Source: an uncultured Granulicella sp.
Lineage (GTDB): Bacteria; Acidobacteriota; Terriglobia; Terriglobales; Acidobacteriaceae
Direction of reading: 5' to 3'
NCBI GenBank assembly: GCA_965214195.1
Contig: OZ243943.1
Location: 1,271,776 to 1,335,775 of the forward strand
DNA length: 64,000 bases
The first letter of the stretch is position 1; each line of letters opens with the position of its first letter. Below the pieces are notes generated by a model. It made no database searches. It saw only the letters and a program-made list of their open reading frames with translations, and was not told the origin of the DNA. The position numbers were made by a program, and so were the translations under genes. Of this stretch, positions 1 through 9,936 are shown piece by piece.

Positions 1-1146
1 CCGCTCCCGCGAATGCTGTAGCGTATCGGTGACGCTGGAGGCCGTCGGCTGCTGCGAACTGCTCGTATAAAGCCACGCCGGACCAGACTGCTCGGGCTGC
101 GGCGTGGACGGCTCCTGCCGGCGCGGAATGTCGTACTGATCCTGGCGCTCTGAACGCTGCTCGGGACGATCTTGCCGAGGTGCAGGGCGCTGACGCTGCT
201 CCTGCCGTTGCGGTGCACGCTCATTGAGCGTCGGCTCCGGCAAACGCTCACGCCGAGGCTCAACCCGCGGCTGCGGAGGCAAGTCATAGGCCGGCGCAAC
301 CCGCGGCACTTCACGCTGGCGAACTGGCTCCGGCTGCACGGGTGCGCGATAAGCCGGGCGCATCCCGGAAGCATCATCCGGGCGGTATCCCTGCGGACGA
401 CGCCGCACTTCCAACTCCGGCCGGAATGCACGACGTTCCCCGGAATAAGCCTGGCGCTCACCGGAGGGACGTGCCGCGCGATACTCGCCGGAAGCGTTGC
501 TGGGGCGCGCATAGCGTTCCGCAAAGCTGTTCAAATCCGAGTAGTCCGGAGCGCGATGCGACATCTTTAGCGCTTCTTCGTGCGCGGGCGCATCGGCATA
601 CTCGTAAGGGTCACTCGCAAGCCCGGGCACACGCACGCGAGAAGGCTGCGGCCCGGCCAGCGTGCGGCGGCGAATCTCCGAATCAGCCCAGCGTGCAGCC
701 TGGCGTTGTGCGCTGGCGTGCGCTTCTGCAATTTCACGCTCTTCCCTGCGAGCCACCGCATCAGCAATCGCCGCGGCCTCAGCCCTGCGTGCTGCTTCCA
801 CCCGCTCCGCAGCAGCCCGCCGAGCGGCCGATTCTGCTGCCTGCAACGACCGTTCCCGCTCGCCGGCATTGTCAAACTGGTCGCTCGTACGCGCAGCCCG
901 CTCCGCTTCACGAGCGACGCGCTCAGCCTCTGTCGCGGCGGCTTCCGCATCCTGCTTGGCTTGCAGTTCGGCTAGACGCAAATCTTCTGCGGCACGGTGG
1001 CGTACCTGCGCGCGATACTCGCGGCGCGATGCAGAAAAATCGCGGTACTTGGCCCCGTGCAAATTTGCCCATGAGTACAGGATCGCTACGTCTTCCGGCG
1101 TTTCCGCCAGCGGCTCTTCCGGGTTGTCGTTCAGCTGCGTGTCCAT
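1..1146 (-). CDS. Probable cellulose synthase operon protein BcsQ/YhjQ-like, N-terminal 382 codons (runs off the window edge)
   Basis: I translated this by hand; it is absent from the ORF track because its stop lies outside the window. ATG at 1146, no in-frame stop down to position 1: MDTQLNDNPEEPLAETPEDVAILYSWANLHGAKYRDFSASRREYRAQ..., then an Ala/Glu/Arg coiled coil, a low-complexity Q/R/E/P tract, and ...GPAWLY...DTLQHSRER. The family call rests on my recollection of acidobacterial BcsQ N-termini; the ATPase domain is not in the window. Confidence 0.6.
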   Translation of the reverse strand, partial: MDTQLNDNPEEPLAETPEDVAILYSWANLHGAKYRDFSASRREYRAQVRHRAAEDLRLAELQAKQDAEAAATEAERVAREAERAARTSDQFDNAGERERSLQAAESAARRAAAERVEAARRAEAAAIADAVARREEREIAEAHASAQRQAARWADSEIRRRTLAGPQPSRVRVPGLASDPYEYADAPAHEEALKMSHRAPDYSDLNSFAERYARPSNASGEYRAARPSGERQAYSGERRAFRPELEVRRRPQGYRPDDASGMRPAYRAPVQPEPVRQREVPRVAPAYDLPPQPRVEPRRERLPEPTLNERAPQRQEQRQRPAPRQDRPEQRSERQDQYDIPRRQEPSTPQPEQSGPAWLYTSSSQQPTASSVTDTLQHSRER

Positions 1147-1470
1147 AATTGTCCAATCAACTCAGTATGCTTCATCCAGGCCCGTAGGGTGGCGCATCTT
1201 CGCTGTAAAGTAACCTCCGGACTGCACACATTGTTATGCAATGTGCTGAGGCTACTTGGCCCTTTACTGTGCGTCAATGAGTCTTAAGTGCCACTTTAGT
1301 GCAAGGACCCTGCTTTCCCACAGAAAATGGAAGAGAGTAACTAAAGAGTTATGCACGATGTGCCTTTTGTGGCACATCACCAACCCGGTAACCGCGCCGC
1401 CGCTCCTTTCACCAGGTCGAAGCGCAAGGTTTCCCTCAACCCCACGCTATGGTATTTTTGAATCTGGTGA

Positions 1471-1546
1471 GAGCCTGTAGCTCAGTTGGTAGAGCATCGC
1501 CCTTTTAAGGCGTTGGTCCTGGGTTCGAGCCCCAGCGGGCTCACCA
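1471..1546 (+). tRNA. tRNA-Lys (anticodon TTT)
   Basis: 76 nt, GAGCCTGTAGCTCAGTTGGTAGAGC...CTTTTAA anticodon loop...GGTTCGAGCCC...GGGCTCACCA; paired acceptor stem and encoded CCA. Confidence 0.97.
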
Positions 1547-1555
1547 AAACATCGC

Positions 1556-1588
1556 AAAAAGCCACAGCCCAGGCTGTGGCTTTTGCTT
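1556..1588. terminator. Bidirectional intrinsic terminator
   Basis: AAAAA-GCCACAGCC-CA-GGCTGTGGC-TTTT between the convergent tRNA-Lys and ATP-grasp genes. Confidence 0.85.
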
Positions 1589-2790
1589 TACGCCGTTGGC
1601 TTATCCGGTGCCGCGATCACCGCATTAAAGTCTTGCAGGAATCGTGGAATATAGTTGTCCAGCAGCGCCTTCAGCCGAGCCTCAGAAGCCGTCTGCAGAA
1701 TCAGCCCCGCGTGATGCTCCTTGTGCAGTCGCATCGCAATCTCCGGGTCCGTATACCCGCTAACATCAGGCTCCGCCTGCCGAGCCAGCGAGATCACACT
1801 TCCCGCGAACATCCGCTTGGTCACCGGCAGCTTGTATTCGATACCCTTCGCCAGCGCCACCTCAATCCGAGCCCACTCCCGCCAGGGATTGACATTGGTT
1901 GCAAACTCCAGCGTCTCCGCGATGTACGCCCCGCCCACCCGCGCAGCTGTCTCCAAAAAGTAGAACTTCCCATCTGCGGCAGCCTTGATGAACTCCGTAT
2001 GAGTCACCCCGGCATCCAGCTTCAGCGCCTGCAGCAGCGGCGCATGCACCGCCTCAATCGCCTTCGCATCTGCACTCGTCACATCGAGCGTGCGCGTGCT
2101 GAAGATCCCACCTTTATGCATCGTCTCCATCGGCGGCTTGCTGTACTGGAACGGCTGCGAAAACAGCAGCTTGCCCCCCCACGTAATGCCCTCGGCATGA
2201 AACACTTCACCGGCGACAAACCGCTCCAGCACGTAGTGGCTCTGCAAATCTCCCAACGCGTCCAGAATAGGCCAGAGCTCGTCAGCCGTAGAGATCGGCT
2301 TGATCCCGATGGCCGAAGCATTTGTCCGAGGCTTCAGCAGCCACGGCCCCGGCACCTCGCGCATAAACGTCCGCAGATCGTCGTAGTGAAACACCCGCGT
2401 AAATTCCGGCACGGCAATACCCGCCGCACGAGCCTGCGTGCGCATCGCCAGCTTGTCGCGGAAGTACCGCGTAGTCGTCTCGCCGAGCCCCGGCAGCCGC
2501 ATGTGCTCCCGCATCAGCGCCGTCACTTCCAGGTCAAACTCGTCGAGCGGCACCAGCCGGTCAATCCGCCGGTCACGCGCAACATAGCTCAGCGTGTTCA
2601 GCACCTGCTCTGGAGTCATCTCCTCCGGCATCGTCAGGAACTCGGTCAGGATGTCCTTGGGCCAGTCCGCGTCGCGCAGTTTATCGACCGTCAACAGCCG
2701 GATTTCGCAGCCCTCGGCCGCGCAGGTCCGCAGGAATTCCTGGCCCTTCTCATACGTGCTCAAGCAAAAAATCGATGTCGGCTTAGTCAT
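1588..2790 (-). CDS. ATP-grasp domain protein
   Basis: FRDKLAMR, WLLKPRTNASAIGI, VLERFVAGE, THTEFI and YFLETAARVGG motifs of the ATP-grasp fold. Confidence 0.85.
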   Translation of the reverse strand: MTKPTSIFCLSTYEKGQEFLRTCAAEGCEIRLLTVDKLRDADWPKDILTEFLTMPEEMTPEQVLNTLSYVARDRRIDRLVPLDEFDLEVTALMREHMRLPGLGETTTRYFRDKLAMRTQARAAGIAVPEFTRVFHYDDLRTFMREVPGPWLLKPRTNASAIGIKPISTADELWPILDALGDLQSHYVLERFVAGEVFHAEGITWGGKLLFSQPFQYSKPPMETMHKGGIFSTRTLDVTSADAKAIEAVHAPLLQALKLDAGVTHTEFIKAAADGKFYFLETAARVGGAYIAETLEFATNVNPWREWARIEVALAKGIEYKLPVTKRMFAGSVISLARQAEPDVSGYTDPEIAMRLHKEHHAGLILQTASEARLKALLDNYIPRFLQDFNAVIAAPDKPTA

Positions 2791-2807
2791 GGGACCCCTC
2801 GTTCTAG

Positions 2808-3797
2808 CTAAGCCATGGCTGCATCGGCAAACGTCTGCCGCACACCCTCTTCAAGCGTCGTAAATGCGTCGTGATAACCCGCTGCGCGCAAGCCGGCAAC
2901 GTCGGCTTCCGTAAAGTGCTGATACCGGTTCTTCAAATCCCCAGGAAACGGAATGTACTCAATCGTCCCCTGCCCATGCACCTGCATCAACGCCTGTGCG
3001 ACAGCCTTGAACGTCCGCGCCTCCCCCGTACCCGCATTCACAATCGCATGCGTTGGCGACTTAGGACTTTCCGGCAGCAGCCCCGCAAAAAACAAATTGA
3101 TCCGGCACAGATCCTTCACGAAAACAAAATCCCGCCGCTGTTCTCCATCCGCATACCCACCGGATCCTTCAAACATCTTGATCCCGCCGGTCTCTTTCAA
3201 CTGCTTCGTGAAGTGGTGCAGCACGGAAGCCATGCGCCCCTTATGCTGCTCCCGGGGCCCATAAACATTGAAGTACCGCAGCCCAACCACAGAGCTCTTG
3301 GGCGCCGTCCCATCCGCAAACGCCTTCCGCACATAGTTGTCGAACACCAGCTTCGAGTACCCATAAACGTTCAACGGACGCTCATTCTCAATCGTAGGCG
3401 CAAACGTCTCACTCAACCCGTAGACCGCCGCGGTGGACGCATAGACAAGCGGCACATCATGCCGCCCCGCAAACGTTAGCATCTCTTTCGAATACGTAAA
3501 GTTGTTGTCCATCATGTACTGCCCGTCATCTTCAAGCGTGTTTGAGCATGCCCCCTGATGCAGGATCGCCCGCACCTTCGCACCCTCGAACGCACCCGCT
3601 GCTAGCGCCCGGCGAAACTCCCGCTTATCCATATAGTCGCTGTATTCAGCGCCCCAAAGGTTCAGGAACTTCGGCCCGGAAAGGTTCGGAGCCGGAGCCA
3701 GATTATCGACCACCAGAATGTCCCGCTCGCCCAGCCGGTTCAGCTCCGCCACCAGATTGCTGCCGATAAATCCCGCACCGCCCGTCACGATAATCAA
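2808..3797 (-). CDS. hldD: ADP-L-glycero-D-manno-heptose 6-epimerase
   Basis: IIVTGGAGFIGSN, HQGACSNT, YASTAAVYG, YGYSK, LRYFNVYGPREQHKGRMASV, RDFVFV and YQHFTEAD; TTG start overlaps the hldE stop. Confidence 0.95.
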   Translation of the reverse strand: MIIVTGGAGFIGSNLVAELNRLGERDILVVDNLAPAPNLSGPKFLNLWGAEYSDYMDKREFRRALAAGAFEGAKVRAILHQGACSNTLEDDGQYMMDNNFTYSKEMLTFAGRHDVPLVYASTAAVYGLSETFAPTIENERPLNVYGYSKLVFDNYVRKAFADGTAPKSSVVGLRYFNVYGPREQHKGRMASVLHHFTKQLKETGGIKMFEGSGGYADGEQRRDFVFVKDLCRINLFFAGLLPESPKSPTHAIVNAGTGEARTFKAVAQALMQVHGQGTIEYIPFPGDLKNRYQHFTEADVAGLRAAGYHDAFTTLEEGVRQTFADAAMA

Positions 3798-5266
3798 GCC
3801 ATATCTCCCGTCAGCTTCTTCACAATATTGGTCGTGGAAAAGCCCTCGACCGTAGGCACAATCTCCACCCGTCCACCGCTCGCGAGCACCTCCTGGTGCC
3901 CCACCACGGTCTCAATCGAGTAATCCCCGCCCTTGACCAGCACGTTCGGCTTCAACGCCTTGATCAGCTCCAGCGGCGTCTCTTCATCAAAGATCACCAC
4001 CGCATCCACGCTAGCCAGCGCACTCATTACACGCGCACGTTCGCGCTCCCCAACGATTGGCCGCGTGGGCCCCTTCAACCGGCTCACACTCGCATCCGAG
4101 TTCAACCCCAGCACCAGCTTCGACCCGAACTTGCGGCAATCCTCCAACAACGTGATATGCCCCACATGCAGCAGATCGAAGCAGCCGTTAGTAAAAACCA
4201 CCGTCTCGCCCGCCGCGCGCCACTCGGCCACTCGCCTCTGCACCCGCGCCGCATCCAGCAGCTTCTCGGCCGAGTTGATCCCCGAGCTAGGCGTCAGCAG
4301 AGCCACCAGCTCATGCTGCGCAATCGGCACCGTCCCCACCTTGCCGACGACGATCCCGGCAGCCAGATTCGCTACTTCCACGGCCGTCTCCACCTTTAAC
4401 CCACCGGCCATACAAGCCGCCAGCGTAGCGATAACCGTATCGCCGGCGCCCGATACATCAAACACTTCCCGCGCCCGCGCCGGCGAAACATAATCACCCT
4501 CACCACGCAAAATCATGATCCCGCGCTCGCTCATCGTCACGGTCAAGAATCCAAATTCATGCTCAATCATCTGCGCCCGCGCCGCAGCCAGCAGAGCCTC
4601 CGTCTGGTGCGCCGGCACACCCGTCGCCAGCGACAGCTCCGCCAGATTCGGGCACACCGTCGTCGCCCCGGAGTACTTGCTCAAGTCGCGAGCCTTGGGG
4701 TCCACCAGTACCATTACGCCGGCCTGCCTCGCCGCACGAATGATCGCCTCGCACACATCCGCCGTCAGCACACCCTTCGCATAGTCCGAAAGAATCACCG
4801 CATGCACCTTCGGCACCAGCGCAATCGCACGCGCCAGCAGACGATCCGTTTCTTCCTGCGGCACCGGATCCTTGCTCTCAATATCGAGCCGCAAAACCTG
4901 CTGCGTTCTCGCCACAATCCGAGTCTTCGAAATCGTAGGCAGCGAGCTCGTCACCACGCCCGCCGTATTGATCTTCGCCGCATCCAGCAGCCGCGCCAGC
5001 TCCGCCTGCTCGCCGTCCGCGCCCCAGAATCCACATAAAAACGCCTGGCATCCCAGACCCGCAATATTCATCGCGACGTTTGCCGCGCCGCCCGGCCGCT
5101 CATACCGCTGCGCGTGCCGCAACACCGGCACCGGAGCTTCCGGCGAAATCCGTTCCACCTCGCCAATCACATAGCGGTCCAGCATCAGGTCGCCCACCAC
5201 CAGCACCCGCAGCTCTTGAAACCCACTCTCCAGCAGACCCAGCACAGCATGCAGTTCAGGAAGCAT
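3794..5266 (-). CDS. hldE: Bifunctional heptose-7-phosphate kinase / heptose-1-phosphate adenylyltransferase
   Basis: RISPEAPVPV, GGAANVA and DVSGAGDTV (PfkB kinase), plus FTNGCFDLLHVGH and VKGGDY (nucleotidyltransferase). Start placed at ATG 5266. Confidence 0.95.
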   Translation of the reverse strand: MLPELHAVLGLLESGFQELRVLVVGDLMLDRYVIGEVERISPEAPVPVLRHAQRYERPGGAANVAMNIAGLGCQAFLCGFWGADGEQAELARLLDAAKINTAGVVTSSLPTISKTRIVARTQQVLRLDIESKDPVPQEETDRLLARAIALVPKVHAVILSDYAKGVLTADVCEAIIRAARQAGVMVLVDPKARDLSKYSGATTVCPNLAELSLATGVPAHQTEALLAAARAQMIEHEFGFLTVTMSERGIMILRGEGDYVSPARAREVFDVSGAGDTVIATLAACMAGGLKVETAVEVANLAAGIVVGKVGTVPIAQHELVALLTPSSGINSAEKLLDAARVQRRVAEWRAAGETVVFTNGCFDLLHVGHITLLEDCRKFGSKLVLGLNSDASVSRLKGPTRPIVGERERARVMSALASVDAVVIFDEETPLELIKALKPNVLVKGGDYSIETVVGHQEVLASGGRVEIVPTVEGFSTTNIVKKLTGDMA

Positions 5267-6416
5267 GAGCAATCTCCCTGACGATCCCGCCCAGCGACAC
5301 GCTGTAGTCAAACAACCAGTCCGGCCGCGCCTCAGGCGCCTTGCCCTCAATCGCCGCACAGGCCGCGCCCAGCACCTCTTCCACCGTGATGCTCCGCACG
5401 CATTTCATCTGTTCCACTGTACACTCCCGCATCCCGCAGCCATGGCAGTTCACCTTGTGATAGACCAGGTGGTGCCGGGCTCCATGCGGGAACCAGCGCG
5501 TGGGCGGATTGCGCGCGGAAAACACCGCCATCACCGGCGTCCCCGCAGCATCGGCCAGATGCATTGGCCCGGAATCATGCCCCAGAAACGCCTGCGCCCG
5601 CTCAAACATTGCGGCACTTTCCCGCGGGCTAAGCTTGCCGCAAAGGTTCAACACCATCGCCTGCGCACCCGCGCCTTCACGCCAGCCATCCGCCGCGAAC
5701 TCACTATCCGCACTCTCGGAATGAACCCCGCTGATCGCCAGCGCATACCCCGGATATCGCCGGCCCAGCTCCAGCAGCAATCCCCGCCACTTCTCGCGAC
5801 CCCAGTTGTTCGCCGTAACCTTCGTCCCCAGGCTGATCGCCAGGATCTTCCGGTCCCCCGCCGGCAACAAAGCCGCCGCCGCCCGCGCTCGTTCGCCATC
5901 CGTAAACCGCAGATCCCAGCTCGCGTCATCCATCACGGCCCCATCGCCCAGCTCAGCAATGTTCCTCACCAAACGCGCCGCCTCATACTCCTCAGCCCCA
6001 CGCTCAGGCTGCCAGCGATTGCGCTGCATGTCTTCCGTCAGCGGCACGCCATACTGCTTGCGGATGCCGCAAACCCGGAAAAACCATGCATCCCGCTTGG
6101 CCCCCTTGACCCCTCGAGCCGAACCCAGGTAGACCACCGCCTGCGGCCGCCAACGCACCAGATCCCACCAAAGCTTGCCCAGCGCAAGCACGTTACGCGT
6201 AGCCACCTGGTAGTCAAAATACCCGCTCACCAGCCCCGTATTGACCAGAATCGCAGCCGCCGCAGCAGCCTTCTCATTGATCGGCCGATTCGTCAGCAGC
6301 CGTCGATCCGCATCCGGAAACGCGCGCGCAACCAGGTGATACGCGGGCAGCGAAACCACCGTATCGCCCATGCTTCCCAGCCGATACAGCAGCACGCGCT
6401 TGATCGGTTTGCCCAT
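5256..6416 (-). CDS. Glycosyltransferase family 9 (heptosyltransferase-like)
   Basis: YRLGSMGDTVV, NLCGKLS and FLGHDSGPMHLADAAGTPVMAVF. Start at 6416 (alternative 6434). Confidence 0.9.
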   Translation of the reverse strand: MGKPIKRVLLYRLGSMGDTVVSLPAYHLVARAFPDADRRLLTNRPINEKAAAAAAILVNTGLVSGYFDYQVATRNVLALGKLWWDLVRWRPQAVVYLGSARGVKGAKRDAWFFRVCGIRKQYGVPLTEDMQRNRWQPERGAEEYEAARLVRNIAELGDGAVMDDASWDLRFTDGERARAAAALLPAGDRKILAISLGTKVTANNWGREKWRGLLLELGRRYPGYALAISGVHSESADSEFAADGWREGAGAQAMVLNLCGKLSPRESAAMFERAQAFLGHDSGPMHLADAAGTPVMAVFSARNPPTRWFPHGARHHLVYHKVNCHGCGMRECTVEQMKCVRSITVEEVLGAACAAIEGKAPEARPDWLFDYSVSLGGIVREIAHAS

Positions 6417-6469
6417 CCCAAAATCATACGGCATACCAATCCTGTCTACGATATAGACTAGGCGTGCAC

Positions 6470-7051
6470 ATGCTCCACGCCCAGACCATCCTCCACCTAC
6501 ACGACACCGCGACCAGCCAATGGCATTGCGAGCTTGAGCTCCCCACACCCGTCTCCCCGCTGGACGCCCTGGTGCTCTTCCAGCACCGCGCCAACTTCGA
6601 TCTCTGGCACGAGGAAGACAAGGCCCGCAGCCCGCGCGCCTCGGACCACGACATCACCGAAGTCAAGCATCACATCGACACCATCAACCAGCGCCGCAAC
6701 GACCTGGTCGAGCAAATCGACTCCCTCCTGCTCCACGCCGCCGGCCAGCAAAACGAGAGCTCCCCGCTCCACTCCGAATCCCCCGGCCTCATCATCGACC
6801 GGCTCTCCATCCTCGAGCTGAAGGTCTACCACACAGCCGCTGAAGTCGACCGCCAGACCGCCACGGAGCAGCACCGCGCCAAGAACCGCCAGCGCCTGGA
6901 AGTTCTCACCCATCAGCGTGACGATCTCGCCGGCTGTCTCGACGCCCTGTGGCAGGATGTGCTCGCCGGACGCCGTCGTTTTCACCTCTATCGCCAGCTC
7001 AAAATGTACAACGACCCCGAGCTCAATCCGGTCCTCTACACTCGCCCTTGA
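6470..7051 (+). CDS. DUF4254 domain protein
   Basis: LWHEEDKAR, IDTINQRRNDLVEQID, ESPGLIIDRLSILELK and KMYNDP; divergent from the GT9 gene. Confidence 0.85.
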   Translation: MLHAQTILHLHDTATSQWHCELELPTPVSPLDALVLFQHRANFDLWHEEDKARSPRASDHDITEVKHHIDTINQRRNDLVEQIDSLLLHAAGQQNESSPLHSESPGLIIDRLSILELKVYHTAAEVDRQTATEQHRAKNRQRLEVLTHQRDDLAGCLDALWQDVLAGRRRFHLYRQLKMYNDPELNPVLYTRP

Positions 7052-7134
7052 CCCTGCATCCCGTTGCGCGTATAAAACCGTGAAGCCCCTCTAGCTTTCT
7101 CAACGCAATAATCGCCGGCCCCAGGAACGTGCAA

Positions 7135-7692
7135 ATGGCTCAAACTAAGACCGCTTCCGCCCCAGTAAAACGCACCCGCCTGCTTGCCGGCAGCGTCGTC
7201 CCACCGCCAGACACTAACCGCGCTGCAGCCATCGCCGCATACGAGGCCGCCATCACCTTGATGCAGGCCGGCAAATTCGATAAAGCCCACGCCGCCTTCA
7301 ACAAGATGCTCGCCAACAGCCCAGGCGAGCTTGCCGACCGCATCCGCATGTACACCAGCGCCTGCCTCGGCCAGGTCACCAAGGGCAGCACCAGCTTCCA
7401 GAGCCACGAAGAGCAGTACGACTACGCCATTTCGCTGCTCAACCAAGGCAACTACGACGACGCCCGCACCCACTTCAAGCAGATCCTCAGCGCGCACCCT
7501 TCCGCTGACTACGCCTTCTACGGCCTCGCCGTCCTCGCCTCCCTCACCGGCGACCCCACCGGCTGCCTCGAGCACCTCACCCGAGCCATCCACTTCAACC
7601 ACAAAAACCGCATCCAGGCCCGCGCAGACTCCGACTTCCAGGACATGGCCGACGATCCCCGCTTCACCGAACTCCTCTACCCCGAAGCCTAA
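7135..7692 (+). CDS. Tetratricopeptide-repeat protein
   Basis: TPR-like helices (YDYAISLLNQGNYDDARTHF, YAFYGLAVLASL) and C-terminal NRIQARADSDF. Confidence 0.75.
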   Translation: MAQTKTASAPVKRTRLLAGSVVPPPDTNRAAAIAAYEAAITLMQAGKFDKAHAAFNKMLANSPGELADRIRMYTSACLGQVTKGSTSFQSHEEQYDYAISLLNQGNYDDARTHFKQILSAHPSADYAFYGLAVLASLTGDPTGCLEHLTRAIHFNHKNRIQARADSDFQDMADDPRFTELLYPEA

Positions 7693-7908
7693 GTCGAAGA
7701 GCAGAACCGGTCCCATCAGGCCGAAAGCCACCCAGCAAATCGTTGGCCCCGCTTTTGGTTGTCACCCTGTAGGGATCTGCTTGTTCTCGCTCGGTCTCCC
7801 TAACCGCAACGAGCTGCCCGCGCCTAAGCATTCCCGCCATGCCTTCATCCCCACTTATCCCCGTAACGCCTTGCTTCTCCCTCCCTGCGATACCCTAGAG
7901 CCAAGGCC

Positions 7909-8928
7909 ATGCCACAAGACCCCCCACAAAGATCCCTCCGCGTAGTCGCCATCGGCGGCGGCACTGGCCTCTCCACCCTCCTCCGCGGCCTCAAGCGCTT
8001 CGTAGCCGTACCCGCCGGCGCGCCAGACGCAGAGTGCCACAACGCCCTCTGCGTCATCAGCGACCTCGCCGCAGTAGTCACCGTCTCGGACGACGGAGGC
8101 TCTTCCGGCCGGCTTCGCGAAGACCTCAAAATGCTCCCCCCCGGCGACATCCGCAACTGCCTCGTAGCCCTCTCGGAAGACGAAACTCTCCTCTCCCGCC
8201 TCTTCCAGTACCGCTTCGCCCAGGGCGCGCTGGACGGCCATTCCTTCGGCAATCTCTTCCTCGCCGCCCTCGCCAACATTACCGGCGACTTCGCCCAGGC
8301 CGTGCAGATGTCGTCGCAAATCCTCGCCACCCGCGGGCGCATCTACCCCGCCACTAACACCAACGTCACGCTTTCCGCCTGCATGGATTCCGGCGATCTC
8401 GTCCACGGCGAAACCAACATCTCGGCCTCCCAGCACCGCATCGCAGAGCTCTCGCTCAACCCGCCAGACGCACCACCACTCCCCGAAACCATCGAAGCCC
8501 TCGCCCAGGCCGACCTCATCACTCTCGGCCCCGGCTCCCTCTACACCTCGCTCATCACCAACCTCCTCGTCCGAGGCATCCCTGAAGCCATCGCCTCTTC
8601 AAACGCCACCCGCGTCTACGTCTGCAACCTCATGACCCAGGCCAACGAGAGCCTCGGTCTCACCGCCTCGCAGCACATCGAAAAGATCCAGGCCCACGGC
8701 GGCCGCTTCGACTACGCCCTCATCAACACCGCGCCCATCTCCCCGGAAATCCTCAGCCGCTACGCCGCAGAAGGCCAGACCCCCATCCACGCCGACCTCG
8801 ACCGCATCCGCCAGCTAGGCGTCGAACCCATCGAAGGCAACTACGTGCACGAAGGCGACCTCCTCCGCCACGACTACGACAAGGTAGCTGAAACCCTCCT
8901 CGAACTCGGCCTCCGCACCGCCTCCTGA
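7909..8928 (+). CDS. yvcK: UDP-GlcNAc-binding gluconeogenesis factor YvcK (CofD/UPF0052 family)
   Basis: VAIGGGTGLSTLLRGLK, VSDDGGSSGRLR, PPGDIRNCL, GHSFGNL, GPGSLYTS and NLMTQANE. Confidence 0.93.
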   Translation: MPQDPPQRSLRVVAIGGGTGLSTLLRGLKRFVAVPAGAPDAECHNALCVISDLAAVVTVSDDGGSSGRLREDLKMLPPGDIRNCLVALSEDETLLSRLFQYRFAQGALDGHSFGNLFLAALANITGDFAQAVQMSSQILATRGRIYPATNTNVTLSACMDSGDLVHGETNISASQHRIAELSLNPPDAPPLPETIEALAQADLITLGPGSLYTSLITNLLVRGIPEAIASSNATRVYVCNLMTQANESLGLTASQHIEKIQAHGGRFDYALINTAPISPEILSRYAAEGQTPIHADLDRIRQLGVEPIEGNYVHEGDLLRHDYDKVAETLLELGLRTAS

Positions 8929-9024
8929 GCCCCTCGCATCGTCTCGCCCTTCTCGTCAAGCTGAAAACGAAAGCCGGGTACCCCACTCATCGCGCCTTTG
9001 CAATGACCGGGATGCAAGTCTCCG

Positions 9025-9936
9025 TCACAGGCACGATCCGCACTGAATCACCTCCCACGCCTCTGGCAGCCGGGCCTCCACCCTGATCCGCTCCCCACTC
9101 ACCGGATGCGCAAAACTCAAAACCTGCGCATGCAGCAGATACCCCCCATCCCCCGGCAGCCCGGGCAACTCCGCCAGCGGGATCCCACCCGTCCCGTACA
9201 AAGGATCCCCCACCAACGGGTGCCCGATGGAAGCCAGATGGATCCTGATCTGGTGAGGCCTCCCTGACCCCAGGCTCACCGCAAACGTTGTCGTCCCCTC
9301 GCCGCGCGAGACCACCGTAGCCACTGACTTCGAAGCCTTGCCGCCAGCCTTCGCCGCCCAGACCGATCCCAGCAACGGGTGCGGCACCAGCCCAATCGGC
9401 GTCCGAATCTCGTACATCGCCTCAGCCGCATCCCCCGCAGCCGCCGCCCGGTAGATCTTTTCGATTCGCGCCGTATTCCAGTCCGCGGTGAGCGCAGCCG
9501 CCACCGCAGCCGTCTTCGCAAACAGCACCACACCGCTTGTAGCCCGGCCCAGGCGATGCACGGGATTGGCTCCAGGCGTACGCTTCTGCACCAGCCGCAG
9601 CAACGTATTTTCGCAGAATCCACCTCCCGGCAGAGTCGGCAGGCCGCTCGGTTTGTCCACCGCCAGCAGATATTCGTCTTCAAGCAGCACCGTAAAGTGC
9701 AGTGGCGCCTCAGGCTCCACCCATGGCGGACGCTCCCAAACCAGGACCTGGCCCGCGCGTAGCATTTCCGGTCCACTCGCCCCCGCACCGTCGATCGTCA
9801 CTTCGCCGGCATCCAGACTCCGCTGCCATCGCTCCCCACTGGAGTGCCGGTAAGCCCCCGCCAGGTGCGCCAGCAGCGTTCGCCCCTGCTCCCTGCTGCC
9901 GATCACTGTTCGGTAGGCATAGCCCCGGTTGAGCAT
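9025..9936 (-). CDS. RluA-family pseudouridine synthase
   Basis: S4-like N-terminus, VDKPSGL, HRLGRATSG (catalytic Asp position is G here), GRPHQIRIHLASIGHPLVGDPLYG and LHAQVLSF. Confidence 0.85.
   Translation of the reverse strand: MLNRGYAYRTVIGSREQGRTLLAHLAGAYRHSSGERWQRSLDAGEVTIDGAGASGPEMLRAGQVLVWERPPWVEPEAPLHFTVLLEDEYLLAVDKPSGLPTLPGGGFCENTLLRLVQKRTPGANPVHRLGRATSGVVLFAKTAAVAAALTADWNTARIEKIYRAAAAGDAAEAMYEIRTPIGLVPHPLLGSVWAAKAGGKASKSVATVVSRGEGTTTFAVSLGSGRPHQIRIHLASIGHPLVGDPLYGTGGIPLAELPGLPGDGGYLLHAQVLSFAHPVSGERIRVEARLPEAWEVIQCGSCL

Noticed and set aside
1486-2811. Long opposite-strand ORFs (e.g. 1486..2811, 5265..6461, 16543..17832, 51379..52809, 57248..58609, 60330..61556)
   Set aside because: They are antisense shadows of well-supported genes, produced by strong GC3 codon bias, and have no recognisable motifs.
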